NCBI RefSeq assembly: GCF_964355755.1
Contig: NC_092678.1
Coordinates: 17,439,365 to 17,503,364 of the forward strand
Direction of reading: 5' to 3'
DNA: 64,000 nt
From: Antedon mediterranea
Lineage: Eukaryota; Animalia; Echinodermata
The notes beneath the pieces were generated by a model, which saw nothing but the letters and a program-made list of their open reading frames with translations, was not told where the DNA came from and ran no database searches. The position numbers were made by a program, and so were the translations under genes. Each line of letters begins with the position of its first letter. Positions within the stretch are counted from its first letter, which is position 1. Positions 1-13,891 of this stretch are shown piece by piece.

Positions 1-369
1 TATTAAATGTGATGAGCTATGACAAAAGAGACAACAATCTTATATTTTATATTCGAGTAGCCATACGATGACGTCACAATGTTTAGTTAAGCCTGGTTTC
101 CTGTCGACGTAAGATTTGGAAATGCTAACGTTTGTTACGATTGTTGCGTTTGTTACGTCTCTTCTGTTAAGTTGAACAAAAGGGAACGTCGTTTTGATCG
201 TTCTGAACCGCAGGCTCACGAGCCGATAACGACCCTTACGTAAAGTTGACTTTTTTAACTTCAAGCGCTTACGGTCGTCTTATGATCGTTACGTAAAGTT
301 GACATTTTTTCTTACGCTTCTGTGTTTGCTCGATCGATGGTTGCCCATGTCAGGCAATTGTTTTTCAGG

Positions 370-715
370 TAGGCAGCCTAGGCTTAGAAAGGCATCATGC
401 TGTGTGGCATATACTGTACATAGGCCTAGCTACATAAAACGGAACATGCCTAGGCCCAGGCCCAGTCGTACATCATAACCACTACCATTTTACTGTAATA
501 TAGGCAAGAGGCCTGTACTAAAAATGTCCTAGACCGTAGCCTTCTTGTAGGCCTAGCCTAGGCCTACTTAGTAATACTAGGCCTAGGCTAGCCTACTACT
601 AAACGCCTTTTTTAGGCCTACCTACTATATAGCCTAGGCCCCTAGTACTTAGTAGTAGTAGGCCTCCTATACTAGCCTACTAGGCTAGGCCCTACAAACA
701 AGTACTAGGCCTATC
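370..715. repeat. TAGGCCTA/CTAG-rich low-complexity tract
   Basis: Many imperfect copies of the palindromes TAGGCCTA and CTAG. Confidence 0.75.
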
Positions 716-716
716 C

Positions 717-1305
717 CAATTCAATCAATCAATCAATCAATAATTTTTATTTCTCAAATAAAAACACAAAAAAACAGTTAACATTTTCTAAAAATAATAG
801 ATAATAAATGAGAAAAAGGGGTACCCCACAGGAAGCTTAAGCTTTAAAATGTGGGGTCCTGGCAACATAATTAAAAGTAAGGTAAGGTAAGAAATATATA
901 TAATATATGATAATGAACATAAAAAGACATTTAACTTAACAAATGCAGTTATTATTTGACTTAAGACAGATATATGATCAACTTAAATAATAATAGTAGA
1001 AACAAGGTATTCATGTAGTTTGAACTTAAATGAAGATATAAAATTAATAATTTTAATTTCATCTGGTAAAGAATTCCAAATTTTTGGTCCTTGAAAAGTT
1101 ATATCATGCTTGCCAACCTCCGTATTAAAACAATCATAAGCATAATCAAATTTATTTCTGGTATTATAATTATGAACTGAACTAAAAGTTTGAAAATAAG
1201 TATCAAAAATTCTGGGCAGTTGATTATGTTTGAATTTAAACATAAATAAAGCAACATTTTTTGTAAGTAAGTCGTAAATATTAAGTGTATTAGATAAGAC
1301 AATTA
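717..1305 (-). mobile_element. 3' fragment of a CR1/L2-group LINE
   Basis: Part of ORF 983..1351 (FMFKFKHNQLP...HNYNTR...FQGPKIWNSLP) matches the typical ORF2 C-terminus. A 3' stem-loop lies at ~820-860 and a (TTGA)n tail at 717-740. Confidence 0.75.
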
Positions 1306-2042
1306 AGTGGACCACCATCTGTAGGCCTAGGCTAGCTTTGGAATTAGGCATAAATCTCTCTTTTTTTTAGTGTGACTTTATTTTATATGATAGGCCAAAT
1401 AAAAAAAAAAAACATTTTAACATTTTAATGTATTGGATCTACACACTCTACACAATAATTCCAACTTCTAAACTGCAACAAAAATGATCTACAGTGAAAC
1501 TCTTCTTTTACATGCCCTTTGGTTGGAATGTGTTTAAAAACTAAATGTTTGTAACTAAAAATGTTATCATACTGTACACATAATTATAACTAATAGTAGT
1601 TCAGCAAGTGAAACCCACTTTAAATATGTTTAATTGTTTTTCTTTGATTTAAATTAATTATTGAAAAGCTTCAACACACTAGTTTTAAAATGTTAAATAT
1701 TTTTACAGAGCAAATTTTAAACACAAAATGAGGCCTATAATGATTCCAAAGTAAATACTGCCCAGTACATAGAAAATATCACACTTATTTATTATTAACA
1801 TTTTTACATGTGAACAGAAAGTCTGCTTCTAGTACCACTGAAAATTAAACAAAACATTGATATTAACATTGATAATGTAACAACATTGAAAGTGTATGTG
1901 TTGCATTTACAAATCGTTTTGCTTTATTAAATAGATATACAAGAATGACACCAGAAAGATTGAATCAACTTGTGTCCTTAATTCAGCCCCATCTAAAAGA
2001 GAGAAATTACAGTACAGTGTACCACAGTTTCAGAGTTTAAAA

Positions 2043-5000
2043 TAGTCAGGTGGCTTAGCAACAATTTTCAGGATTAACGTTACCGGCCGGACAAAAGTAC
2101 CAAAATTGGCATGGAGTTTCCTTTCGACCTATCTATTGATTTTATCCGTGGAACCCACTTGATCGGGTCTGATTTTCCAAGATGGCGGCCAAAATCCAAG
2201 ATGGCCACCAGAAAAAAAGGAAATGCCATATATCTGGCTGTAAGACTCATAAATCAACAAATGGGGTGTAAATGTCAGAGTTTCTGGGGGTCACTGAAAC
2301 AGAAGCTGGTCATTTCATGTTGCTCAGACCACCAATTTCCAAGATGGCGGCCAAATTTCAAAATGGCCACCAAAAAAATCAAATGTCATATATCAGACTG
2401 TAAAAATCAGAAATGAACAAATGAGGTGTCAATTCAGGGGTTTCTGAGGTCACTGTAATAGATGCTGGTTAAGCCATTTTGCTCAGGTCACCCAATTCCA
2501 AGATGGCGGCCAAATTTCAAAATGGCTGCCAAAAAAAGGAAATATTGTATATAAGGTTGTAAAAATCATAAATGAACAAATAAGGTGTCAATTCAGAGGT
2601 ATCTGAGGTTACTGAAACAGATACTGGTCAAGCCATTTTGCTCAGGTCACTCATTTCCAAGATGGCGGTCAAATTTAAAAATGGCCGCCAATTCTACAAT
2701 GAAGGAAGGATCACAGGTGAAATGGTAAGGAATATTTAATTGTATTGATTTTGTACATCGGCAGGCAATAGAGTACCTCAACCCAGGACAAATCCTAGTG
2801 ATTACGTTTGACCAGCCTCTGTTCACGCTCGCCAAGTATGTACAATGAAAATGGCCAGATCTCTATGGTGAGAAAGTCTACGTAGTTATGATGGGCGGAC
2901 TGCACATTGAGAAGGCGCTAGTGAACAGTGTTGGCGATTTATTAGATGGGTCAGGTTGGACAACGGCTCTCACTGAATCTGACGTTGTTTCATCTGGAAC
3001 AGCCGATTCATTCCTGAAAGTATCAAACATTACCAGAACTCGACATGCCCATCAAGTCACTGTTCTTGTTCTTCAGCGGCTACTGAATGAAGCATTCAAC
3101 TAGAGATCTAATATTGATGAGAGTTTGAACAACTGGCTGGAACAAATGTGTAAGAAATCTCCCACGTTCAAGTTCTGGAACATGATCGCACACTATGAGA
3201 TTCTGATTCTCATATTTGTTAGAGCCCATCGGGAAAGAGACTTCCTATTGTATGTTTCTGTATTAGAGGCACTCGTGCCATTGTTCTTTGCGTTAGATCA
3301 TGTGAACTATTCTCGGTGGCTGCCTGTACACATTAGAGACATGAAGGCATGCCACAAGAGATCAAAATAATATTAGTTTGAAACTCGGAATCACTGTACA
3401 ATCGCAAAGTCGTTACACAGATACTCTGCGATTCCAATAGACCAAGCGCATGAGCAATAGAATAAAGTGGTGAAAGCATCCGGTGGTGTAGTAGGACTTA
3501 CAGAGAATCCAGTTGCCTTCAGACGCTGGATGACTGCTGGACCCGAGCTTGCCAGACTTCTGAGACAGTATGAGAATGAATATATTATTCATGACGATGA
3601 TCCGGAAAACCCAGCTAACTTTGAACACCATTAACAGGGACTTGCAGCACAGAAAACCTTCCAGCGACAGGTTGATAGTCTATCTAACACAATACGCAAG
3701 ATGGGAAATCCCTTCCTGTATGACATCCCTGAGTTGGTAACTCTTGATAGTCGTAACTGCGCGAATGAGGCAGTAGTGGATACAATCCGTACACTAGAAG
3801 ATACAGGCACAAAGAAGTGTCAAGAGTATGTGAAGACCGTGCCCGTGGATCGTAGTCGTTCCATACATGATACAATCTCAAAGAATTCACTACCCTTTCT
3901 CTCAACAAAGCTCAAAGTCAAATCAAAGGATTGCAAGAAAGTAAAGGTGCTTGAGAACAATGTGGCACTCTTCAGCCAGTTATACATTTCCTTACAAAAT
4001 AGAGATGGTGACATCAGTGAATTCTTTGCACACGAAGTACAGTCGTATCCTCCATCCCTGTCTGAGTTTGGAAAGCTTAATCTGTCTGGTACCAAATGTC
4101 ATCTGTTAAAATGTATCGAATCAAACCACACAGAGAGACCTGTATTTTATGACTGCAAAGTTCTGAATGGTGCGGTGACAGTACATGCATTACCTGTAAT
4201 AAATGTCTCAACATTCCAAGAATATGATGACAATGTGTTTATACCCCATCTGAAACGTCAGCTACGTGACACAAAGCAAGTGGATGTTGTGAAGGACGAA
4301 TACCGACCAGATAGCCTTAAGGAGGGAACCAGGGAGAAACGAGGCAAAGGTGTGCGTAGAAAAGTATCAGGTGATACCAAGCTGCCGGGCAACTGGAATG
4401 ACTTCTTCCGTGATTCAATCAACAAGAAAGAACTTTTTGAATTCCTTTCATCAAAAGTTGCGGATTGCAGCATCCCTCTTGAGTGTTCGGTATATATCAC
4501 AGCTGGAGAGCATGTTACATATGTTGAAATGCAGTTCAAAAATGTCCAGCTGTAATCAAGAGGAAGCAGACACCAGGATTGTGTTTCACGTGAAGCACGC
4601 GTTGGAAAATGGAGCAAAATCCATCCAGTTGCGAACTGTGGATACAGATGTTGTTGTTGTTGTTCTTAGTGTGTTTCATGACCTCTCTCATATAAATGCT
4701 GATCTTGATCTCTGGATAGCATTTGGAACTGGAAAGAACTACACTCATTATCAACGCCATTTGTGCACATCTCGGTGAACGCAAATCACGTTCCCTGCCA
4801 ATTTTCCACTCCCTGTCAGGATGTGATACTACCTCAGCGTTTAGAGTTACGGATGCCTTTCTTCATCTTGCCGCACATCCGTTTGAGCATCTTCACTTAC
4901 ATTCTGAATCATTTCAAAGAATCGAGAGACTAGTTGTCGTAGTTTATGACAAAACAAGTAACGCCATGAATGTTAACAGTGCTCGGATGGAACTGTTCAG

Positions 5001-5925
5001 CCAGAAACAGCAAGCTGTTGACAAGATACCACCTACTCAAATGCACTACTCCAGCACACTAGGAGGGCCGTATACCAAGCTGGCATCTGGACAACATGCA
5101 TGTTATCTCAACAAACAAATCCGTGTCCAGTCGACTATGCATGGGTGAAAGTTGGGAACTCATGGGAACCTGTCTGGTCTACCATTCCAGAGGCATCTAA
5201 AGCTTGCAGAGAATTTGTGAAATGTGGCTGCAAAAGGACCTGTACAGTCTGCAAAAGGACCTGTACAGTCTGCAAATGCAGCAAGGCAAATCTGCCTTGC
5301 ACATGTCCATCCAAATAGGGTAAATCAACTGTACTATAACTGTAAACTGTTATGTAGCAATTATAGAAGTCCAATAACCATTAACAAGTCGAGCCAAGTA
5401 AACCTTTTTCATATATTATTTTTGTTAATTTCTGATTTTTAACCCACATATGCCTACACAAAATTTTGGATTTTTTTTGGCAGCCATTTTGGAAATGGGT
5501 GACCTTAGCAAAATGGCTTGACCAGCATCTGTTTCGGTGACCCCAGAAACCCTGAATTAATACCTCATTTGTTCATTTCCGATTTTTACAGTGACACACA
5601 CAACATTTCCCTTTTTAGCGGCCATTTTGAAATTTGACCGCCATCTTGGAAATAGGTGGTCTGAGCAATATCAGCATCTGTTTCATTGACCCCAGAAACC
5701 CTTAAATTGACACCCCATTTGTTGATTTACGAGTTTTACAGCCAGATATATGGCATTTCCTTTTTTCTGGGGGCCATTTTTGATTTTGGCAGCCATCTTG
5801 GAAAATCGGACCAGATCAAGTGGGTTCCACGGATAAAATCAATAGATAGGTCGAAAGGAAACTCCATGCCAATTTTGGTACTTTTGTCCGGCCGGTAACG
5901 TTAAAATTGCTAAGCCACCTGACTA
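2043..5925 (+). mobile_element. AcademX-type Academ DNA transposon, internally deleted and degenerate
   Basis: Ends TAGTCAGGTGGCTTAGCAA...TTGCTAAGCCACCTGACTA, flanked by AAAA on both sides. The inverted repeats are several hundred bp long and contain repeated CCAAGATGGCGGCC motifs. Confidence 0.85.
2755..5318 (+). pseudogene. Disrupted Academ transposase with XPG-like nuclease domain and C-terminal Cys-rich finger
   Basis: Motifs across ORFs 2888-5318: DQPLF, MMGGLHIE, LFFALDHVNYSRWLPVH, EEADTRI..H, TVDTDVVV, FHSLSGCDTTSAF, CGCKRTC..CKCSKANLPC. Multiple stops and frameshifts. Confidence 0.85.
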
Positions 5926-7394
5926 AAAATATGTTTATAGTTTTAGTACTCAACTTTTTAGATTTATTTAAAGGTTTAATTTCCTGTATCATATATATTG
6001 TGTGACACAGTGTATGCAAAGAAAGTTACTGTATATCACTTAAGGTAATCAGTAAAAGTGTTTGTGTTTGCTTTTTTAAAATGTATTTAGTTAATAAGTA
6101 AGTAATTATAGTATTTAGTTAAAGGTTTGATTGTCGGTATTGTATATTCTGTATGCCATGGTGTATGCATCTATTGTTTTTGAGAATTTATATAAATGGC
6201 CTAATCCATAAAATAGTATTGTGCAGAATGTATTTGTAAATAAATTTATTTAACAAGTATTTACTGTATGCTTCTTATTATTAAGTGTGGAGGGATATTG
6301 AATGGCAATATTATTTGATAACTTTATTATTATTACTATTATTATCATTATTATTAATTGTTATTAAATATCTTACCTTCTGTATTTAATATTACATCTA
6401 CTGCATCAGAGTCTAATAGCATGCTTCTTATAACAACACAAACAACAAAAACATTGATTAGAAAAACTCAGATGGAGCAAATAGTGCCGGTTTAAATTGT
6501 TTAAAAACATCGAATCATTTCTCCTAATAAAAGAATAGTTAATGAACTTAATTACCGGAAGGAGAATATGTCAATAAAATAAAGAAAAGTGTGAATAGAA
6601 AGAACTTGAATATAATTGTACGTTTTTAATATAGGGCTAATTTTTATCCTTTTTTGGTAAAGAGGTGTTGTGTAAAAAAGCTGCTTTTATTAATGAAATT
6701 CGTATTTTCGTATCTATTAAAAATAGGCCTATCCTTTTCCATTGTATATCTTGCGCTTACGACTCTTACGCTTACGTAAAGTTGACTCCAAGTCAACTTT
6801 ACGTAAGAATCGTTAATAACGCAACGCAAGTGATCGCAAGCAATAAAATCCCGGTTTCCTGTAAATTCGCGATAAATCGACGTATCAGACGGAGATTCGA
6901 TACCCCGGTTTCCTGTCGATCGTCTATTTTTCTTGCGTTTACGTCGATTTCACCAAAATATTGTCGTAAGCGGTTTCCTGTCAAATGTTGGTTTCTTACG
7001 TAAAATCGACGTAACAATCGTAACTGACGTTAGAAAAACTGACTCTTACGTCGACAGGAAACCAGCCTTAAGTAATTTTTCGTTGTTTGTTGATCTCACC
7101 GGGCAATATTTTCATATTGTGATGGCTTGCACAAAATCGCGTATCTCGACTTTCTTGCGCAAAACTACGAAAAACTCAAAAAGTGGGTTACTTTCATTTT
7201 ACTATTACGATTTACATATTGCGATTTGAAAATCGTTCTTGGTACCATTGTAAAGCTAAAATCTTTTTGATTGTTTTAGTCTAAATTATATGTAAATCAG
7301 ATCACATACATAGTTTCAATCAACTTTAATAAAAACATATAATTGGGCTATAAATGCTGGCGGTGGCAGTTTCTAACTGGAAAAACCTCTGGCA

Positions 7395-8387
7395 GTCAAA
7401 GTGTTAAAACGTATGAATCTAAAATTCCATCGTCCGAAGAAAGACAAGTGTGGGCTCTGTGAAACATTTCACAGTGGATCATCTACAAAACGGCAAGAAA
7501 TTCAAGAAGCTTTCAATAAACACAATGCCGAAAAAGAAAGAGTTCGTCAAATTAAGGCCGAGATAAAGAAGAAGGCGATATCAGAGCCCAAGTTTGAAGC
7601 TGCCGTATTTGACTTGCAGCAGGTCATACTTGCCTCGCTCAAATAGATGCAAAATCTTCTATTAGACGACGACTGGCGTGTTACAACTTCACAATGTACC
7701 AGTTGTCAGACAGAGAAGGCCATTGCTTTTTATCTCATGAGGGGATAACAAAAAGAGAATCAAATGAAATTTCGACATACGTCAGTCAGTATTTACAAAT
7801 GCTGGATTCTCAATATAAAGAATCGGTTGCTCTTTTTTGTGACGGCTGTCCTGGCCAAAACAAGAACACGATAATGGCGGCAATGCTTCTCGCATTTGTT
7901 CGAAAATAAAAAAATATTAAATCAATAACAATAATATATTTTGAAACAAATCATGGCCATAGTGAAGGGGATGCTATGCACAGCTCAATTGAACGTGCAC
8001 TGTCAAGAGTAGGGGAATTGCTTACACCGACACAACTATCCTTAGTTCTAGAGATGGCCCGAACAAACCCACGCCCATACAAGGTTAGAAATGACAGAGG
8101 ATGGCCATCCGGTTGACTGGACAAAAGTCATGCAGTTACGGGTCACAAAGGAAAGGCCAGAGTTTATTGATGTGAAATTTTCTCATCTCGAGGCCACTTT
8201 TCATTCGTTAAAACTGGTCAGTAGCAGAACCCCACAAATAGATGTCACACATCGAGCATACACAACGAAGGAACCAAAGCTGTCAGCCAAAAAATACAAC
8301 GACTTGCTGAGCCTATGTTCAGGTACCACCCCCGTCATAAGAAATATTGAGGATCAATTTGTTTACAAAAATTTAAAGCACCGTTAA
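7395..8387 (+). pseudogene. Degenerate DDD transposase, Sola1-like
   Basis: Motifs FHRPKKDKCGLC, FDLQQVI, YNFTMY, KRESNEIST, FCDGCPGQNKN and NHGHSEGDAMHSSIE, split by stops and frameshifts. Superfamily assigned from memory of motifs. Confidence 0.65.
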
Positions 8388-8583
8388 CTAAGCTGTCTGT
8401 GGAATAACGTGCTTACGTTCCAAAACCCTTAAAAAGGGTTATATAAAATATTGCCTTTATAAATAATAAAAGTTTAAATTTTAAAAAAAAAAGTATTGTA
8501 ACCCACGATTAACGCTAGAGAATATAAGCAACAAATAACCATGAGAAATAAAACAACTACAACACAGGAGTAAGTAAAGAATT

Positions 8584-9390
8584 AACAAGGCCAACAGCCA
8601 TTAAGTCGCGTGCTACAATACATAGTGATACCGGACCGACAGACAGACCGACAGACAGACCGACAGACAGACAGACAGACAGACCGACCGACCGACATAG
8701 TGAACTATACTGACCGAAATTACTGAACATGTTTAAAAATGTTGAAATGTTTAAAAACATTTATATTTTTTTAATTTACACGTGCGTAGCCTGTCACTTT
8801 CGACGTGCTCGTATAACGTAATTTCGAGTTGAAAATTAAGTCAAGAAAACAGAAATCGGGCAAAAAGAGTGCGCAATAACATTTAACGCGCAGTGCGCGC
8901 GCAAAAATATGCGCACTCATGGCAATTTTGTAAACGCTTAAAATTGCCTGAAATGTACTCTTATTTCATCGAAAATAAATTTTGAAAATTTTAAGCGCGC
9001 GTACGCATGCGTTACATGCGCTACGCACGTAATTGTATTGCAATATGATGATTTATGCCCTGAAATTTTATTTAATTGTGATTCATGGTTGTGAAGATAT
9101 GATTACAAACGTGATTTCGTTAAATCGTGCGTAGACCGCGTAATTTTTTATTGCGCACCGTGAAAACATAACCACATTGATTCCTGGCCATAAGGAATAT
9201 ACTGTGAAAAATTGACCTAGCTAGATTAAACTGATATCAAGATAAGGTCAGAAAGCGATAAAACGCATAGTGATACCGGACCGACAGACAGACAGACCGA
9301 CAGACAGACAGACAGACAGACCGACAGACAGACAGACCGACCAACCGACCGACCAAGTGAACTATAGAGTCGCTTCCACGCGACTAAAAA
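8584..9390 (-). mobile_element. Helentron-associated non-autonomous element (HINE/DINE-1-like), copy 1
   Basis: On the minus strand it begins TTTTTAGTCGCGT and ends ACGCGACTTAATGGCTGTTGGCCTTGTT (subterminal inverted repeat), with two (GTCT/GTCG)n microsatellite blocks. Near-identical copy at 54616-55392. Confidence 0.75.
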
Positions 9391-9815
9391 ATAAATAAAT
9401 AAATAAAATTTAAAAAAATAAATTTAGAATAAATGGTATGTATTTATTAAAATTAATTCAATTAAAATTTTAGAATAACTGTTATGTATTTATAAATAAT
9501 TAAGTGTCATAGGCATAAATAATAATCCTCATGAAATAGAGAAAAATGTGTTTCCGTTTAATTAATTACTGACCACTACGAGAGACAGATTACATTAATG
9601 TATATTTTCTTTGTAAGTTTTTAATAATATTGTTAAGTGTTTAATGTATGCCCTTAGAGCTACATTAGTAAACACACTATAAAATGATTTCTATTTATTG
9701 TTCTAGGTTAAGGTTGAATTGTTCAATTTGGTTAATACGTTTATAAAGTTAAAATGTTCACTAATATCCTATAATTTAGCATCACAATATAAATTTATAT
9801 ATAGTAGACCTAATT

Positions 9816-12560
9816 TTTTATTTTTTTTTTTCATTTTTTTTTTATTCATTTCAAAAAAATACAACCATATCACAAATCACTTAAATATAAAGTAATAGGT
9901 ATCAAAATGATATGAACGTTTAAATAAAGTAACTTACAGTGATCAAACAATATTAAAAACTATCAATTATTAATTCCATTTTTTTTAAAGTAAATAATTA
10001 ATTTGGTAAATGCTGTGTTTTCCACAATTATGTAACTAATCTAACTAAATATAATTGTATTAATCAAATTAGCCAGAGATATACATTTACTAACATATTC
10101 ATTTTTTTTTGTCTTTACATAGCAATAATAAATAATACTCATATTTATACATACACATACATACACACAAATATATCTTAATCTGTACTATTACCAAGGA
10201 ACTATAATATAATTGTGTTAATTAAAATCAGATACATACATTTAACAACATAACCATTTTTGTTTCTTTAAAATAATACATATATATTAATAAAATACAT
10301 ATTTTTAATTATCTGTATTGTAACCAAGGAACTAATAGTATGCCTATAATAAATACTTAAATATATCTAACAAGTGCAAATAATAATTTCTGGTTTACAT
10401 TTTAATTTAATACAATAATAAAGAGCAAGCGTAATAATAATAATAATACACAAAAGTAAGTCATTTCCTCGAGAAACAGTATCGTTAAGTTATCAAATAT
10501 AATCTTCTATTAATCTCCACTTTTGTCTGAAATTATACAATGTACTTCTTTTAGAAGCAATGTTTTTCTCTACGTTATAATTAAATTTTAATCGATTAAA
10601 GAAAACCTGGAAGACTGGCTTTTTGTGAGTTAATTTGTAACTAAATATAATTTTCTTAATCAACAAAATACATAGATTTAATAATATCAGGATTTTCTGT
10701 ATTGTAACCAAATAATATGGAGGTTTTATCAAGGTAAATCTTTGTTTTTGAAATGTTTTCCCACCAAGTTGTGAATTCATCCCATAGTTTGGTTGCAATG
10801 TTACATTCAACCAAAAGATGGGTCATAGTTTCAATATTTGATTCACAATAGGAACACATATTACTCGGTACAATATTCATTTTATGTAGTCTACTATTAG
10901 TTGACAAGCAATTCACATTAATTGTATACTGAAATATTCTGGTTCTTACCTCCTGAGAACATTTAAATGGTAATACATAGATATTTTCCCATTTATCGCT
11001 ATCTACACCTAATTCATCCTGCAATTTACTTTGAGATGTTGGTATTTTAAAGATTTTTTTAATTAAGGCTCTGTATATATTTTTTGTACTCATACTTTCT
11101 AATTCTTTCTCTTCATTCTTTACTTCCACTATAAACCCTCTCTTTTTATAATTTGTTCGTAAAAACCCTAGCTTCATGTTTGCTTTCCACTGTGGGGGTA
11201 TTGCAGATATCGTCATTCTCCAGTGCATGAAATTACTTGTCGATAAGCCTCTCTTTATCCACGTATTAAAGGGAATGATATTACCGTTTTCATAAAAAAG
11301 GTCGCTTACTAAACATATCCCAACATCTCTGAGGCTCTTGTAATAAAATGGCTTGCCATGTATATGCATGTGCCTATTAAACCATATATATTGGGACCCT
11401 TCGTTTACTGTATCAGGATGTATTAATTCGAAATAAGCGTTTAACATATCCTTATAAAACAATGGAATATTTTTCCAACTACGGACACAGTCCGCGCTTA
11501 CATTACAATAAAAAATAGTGTCGCCTCCTTGCTTATTTAGGAACCTATGTAGTAGAGATCTCCATGCTGCATTGCCATTTATGTTATATCATTGTATCCA
11601 TTTTATCTTTAATGCCTTAAACATACTTTTGATATCTACCATTTTTAAGCCGCCTTCTTCAATATTCCCAATTAATGTTGTTCTTTTTATCATACCTTTA
11701 CCACCGTTCCATAAGAAATTAAATAGAATTGTTTCAATTGATTTAACTACATGGGGCGGTATATGTATGACAGATGCTAAATATATAAATTGGGATATTG
11801 CGAATGTTTTAATTAAAATTATTTTTCCTGCTAAGGTTAGTTGTCTGGTTCTCCATATGTTTAATATTGTTTTTAGTTGTTTAATTTTCGTTTCGAAATT
11901 ACATTACATTTTTCCCGTTGTCTTTCATTATAAGAAAAGTAAACTCCTAATGCTTTTACTGGTTGTTGTGGCCATTGCATATGTATTGGTTTGTTTTTAC
12001 ATCGCCTATTTGAACCAAGCCATATAGTCTGCGATTTGCTTATATTCAATTTCAAGCCCGATATTTTTGAAAATTTCTCTATTAAGTTAATTATATTTTT
12101 TGCTGACACTTCATCTTTCAAAAAGCATGTGGAGTCGTCTGCATATTGAGTTATTTTAATTTCTCTATTATTTACTGCAATCCTCTTAATAGTTTTATCG
12201 TCTCGTATGGCACATGCTAGTAATTCTATTGATAGGATAAATAAGTAAGGGCTGAGGGGGTCACCCTGTCGTACACCCCTTCCAACTGGAAAATAACTTG
12301 ATGACTGCCCATTATTTATCACGCAACTACTTATATCAGTATATAATGCTTTTATGAATTGAATACATTTTTCTCCGAGGTTTACTTTTTTTAAAACCTG
12401 AAACAAAAAACCCCATTCAAGCGAATCGAATGCTTTTTCATAGTCCAAAAAAAGCATATTTCCTGGAATATTTTTTATTTTGGTAAACTCCATAATATCT
12501 TCAATTGTTCGTACTGACTCGCCAATGTATCGGCCCTTTACAAAACCGGTTTGATCAATG
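9816..12560 (-). mobile_element. 5'-truncated L1/Tx1-clade LINE (RT plus C-terminal zinc-binding region)
   Basis: ORF 11873..12493 has LDYEKAFDSLEW, GVRQGDPLSPYLF and QYADD; ORF 10656..11462 has CSYC...ETMTHLLVEC. Poly(A) tail (T-run) at 9816-9850. 14-bp TSD TAGTAGACCTAATT at 9802-9815 and 12561-12574. Confidence 0.9.
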
Positions 12561-13102
12561 TAGTAGACCTAATTGATGATTAAAATTCTGTACTTATAAA
12601 AATTAATAATGTGATTATAGGCTTGTAATGTGTAAACAAACGAACTGGCGAATATACAATATCGCACTTTCGAGAAAAACGCGATTGAAAAAATAGCAAT
12701 TTTTAAACATTAGTATAGCAAAAACAAAAGACTTAATATCGGATTTTTTTTGCTCATCATTCGAAGAATAAGTGTATGTTTGCAAAAAATGTTTATTGAT
12801 AATAATTACTAATTAGCGAGTAATTGAATAATTAACTTATTGGTCAGTTCGTGTGAAGATTTTTGTCATCAACGTATGGTTTCGCCAGTTCGTGTGAACA
12901 TAATTACGCGCGCTTTCCTCTAATTGCGCATATTTGCCGCGGTGAATATAGCGATTTATATACTGTGATTTGAAGTTTTACTATTGATATATTTAATAGT
13001 ATGATGTGTACATACTGCAATAAATACAAAATTGTGAGGAATAAGTTATTTATTTCCTTAAAGTTCAAAAGTAATTAAAACACAGTTTAACTCTACTGTA
13101 TG

Positions 13103-13650
13103 AATGATGATAATAATATTAAGAAACAGTATCGAGCTATGTGTATCAAAGCTAATGCATTATGCAGGACATTCTCCAAATGTTCCGTTGAAGTGAAATG
13201 TCAGTTATTTAAAACGTTTTGCGTTAATGTAGACCAACACAGTATGACTCTATGATGGAGTAAATTCAGTGAAGGTAGGCCTACTGTGAACTCATTCAGA
13301 GTTTGCTTTAATAACGGGTTGCGTAAGCTACTGAAATTTCCTAGTTATGATAGCGCAAGCATGATATTTGTAACGAATAACGTTCCCTCATTCTATGAAT
13401 ATTGGAGGAACTCTATACATAGTTTTAAGAACATAATTCATGACAGTTGCAATAGCCTGATTCAAACCATAGTTAACGTCCTAACACAATCCAACCTACT
13501 GTACAGTACATCAGCGTTGGTACAAATTGGTATTTTTTAGGATATTGTAAGTTGATTTGTGGAAGTTGCTTATTTAATTTCCTAGTTAAATTGTTTCTAT
13601 TTTTGTATGAATTGTATATGGATGTACTATCCGAAAATAAATGGGTGAAT
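13103..13650 (+). mobile_element. 3' fragment of an RTEX-like LINE, duplicated with an LRR unit
   Basis: Closely matches 27117-27655 (…KKQYRAMCIKANALCRTFSKCSVEVKCQLFK…) and sits at the same position relative to the A-type LRR exon. Confidence 0.7.
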
Positions 13651-13819
13651 AGTGTACCGTCATTTTACAAGTTATATTATTGGCTAATGCAACGTAATGG
13701 TATTTAGAAACAGTTAAACCTACCCTTAAATGCATAATTTCACAATTAACCAGATTTACTTACAATTGTAAAGCTTTTAAATTGTTACAAGTAAGGAAAA
13801 AATGAGAATAAACAGTTAC

Positions 13820-13891
13820 AGTGTAACCAATGACGTCAAACCACCAAATGTATTTTCATACAATGTAGTAATGTCGTTACTTCTTAAATCT
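13820..13891 (-). CDS. LRR exon 7 (A-type) DLRSNDITTLYENTFGGLTSLVT(L)
   Basis: 72 bp, phase 2-2, AAG acceptor and weaker GTAACT donor; fits the LxLxxNxIxxLxxxxFxGLxxL consensus. Confidence 0.75.

Larger units (their letters stand above)
91..7067. mobile_element. PIF/Harbinger-like non-autonomous DNA transposon hosting nested insertions
   Basis: Terminal inverted repeats GCCTGGTTTCCTGTCGACGTAAGA at 91 and TCTTACGTCGACAGGAAACCAGCC ending at 7067, with TTAA on both sides and subterminal ACGTAAAGTTGAC motifs. An internal remnant at ~1933-2013 reads RYTRMTPERLNQLVSLIQPHL, like the Harbinger/HARBI1 'RM..E.F..L..LI.P.' motif. Confidence 0.7.

Noticed and set aside
2111-2700. Regularly spaced CCAAGATGGCGGCC repeats resembling a CRISPR array, and ORF 2111..2416
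   Set aside because: These are subterminal repeats in the Academ TIR, mirrored at the other end. The spacers are related to each other, there are no cas genes, and the context is eukaryotic.
11518-12027. 169-aa hydrophobic plus-strand ORF
   Set aside because: It is the antisense shadow of the L1 ORF2.
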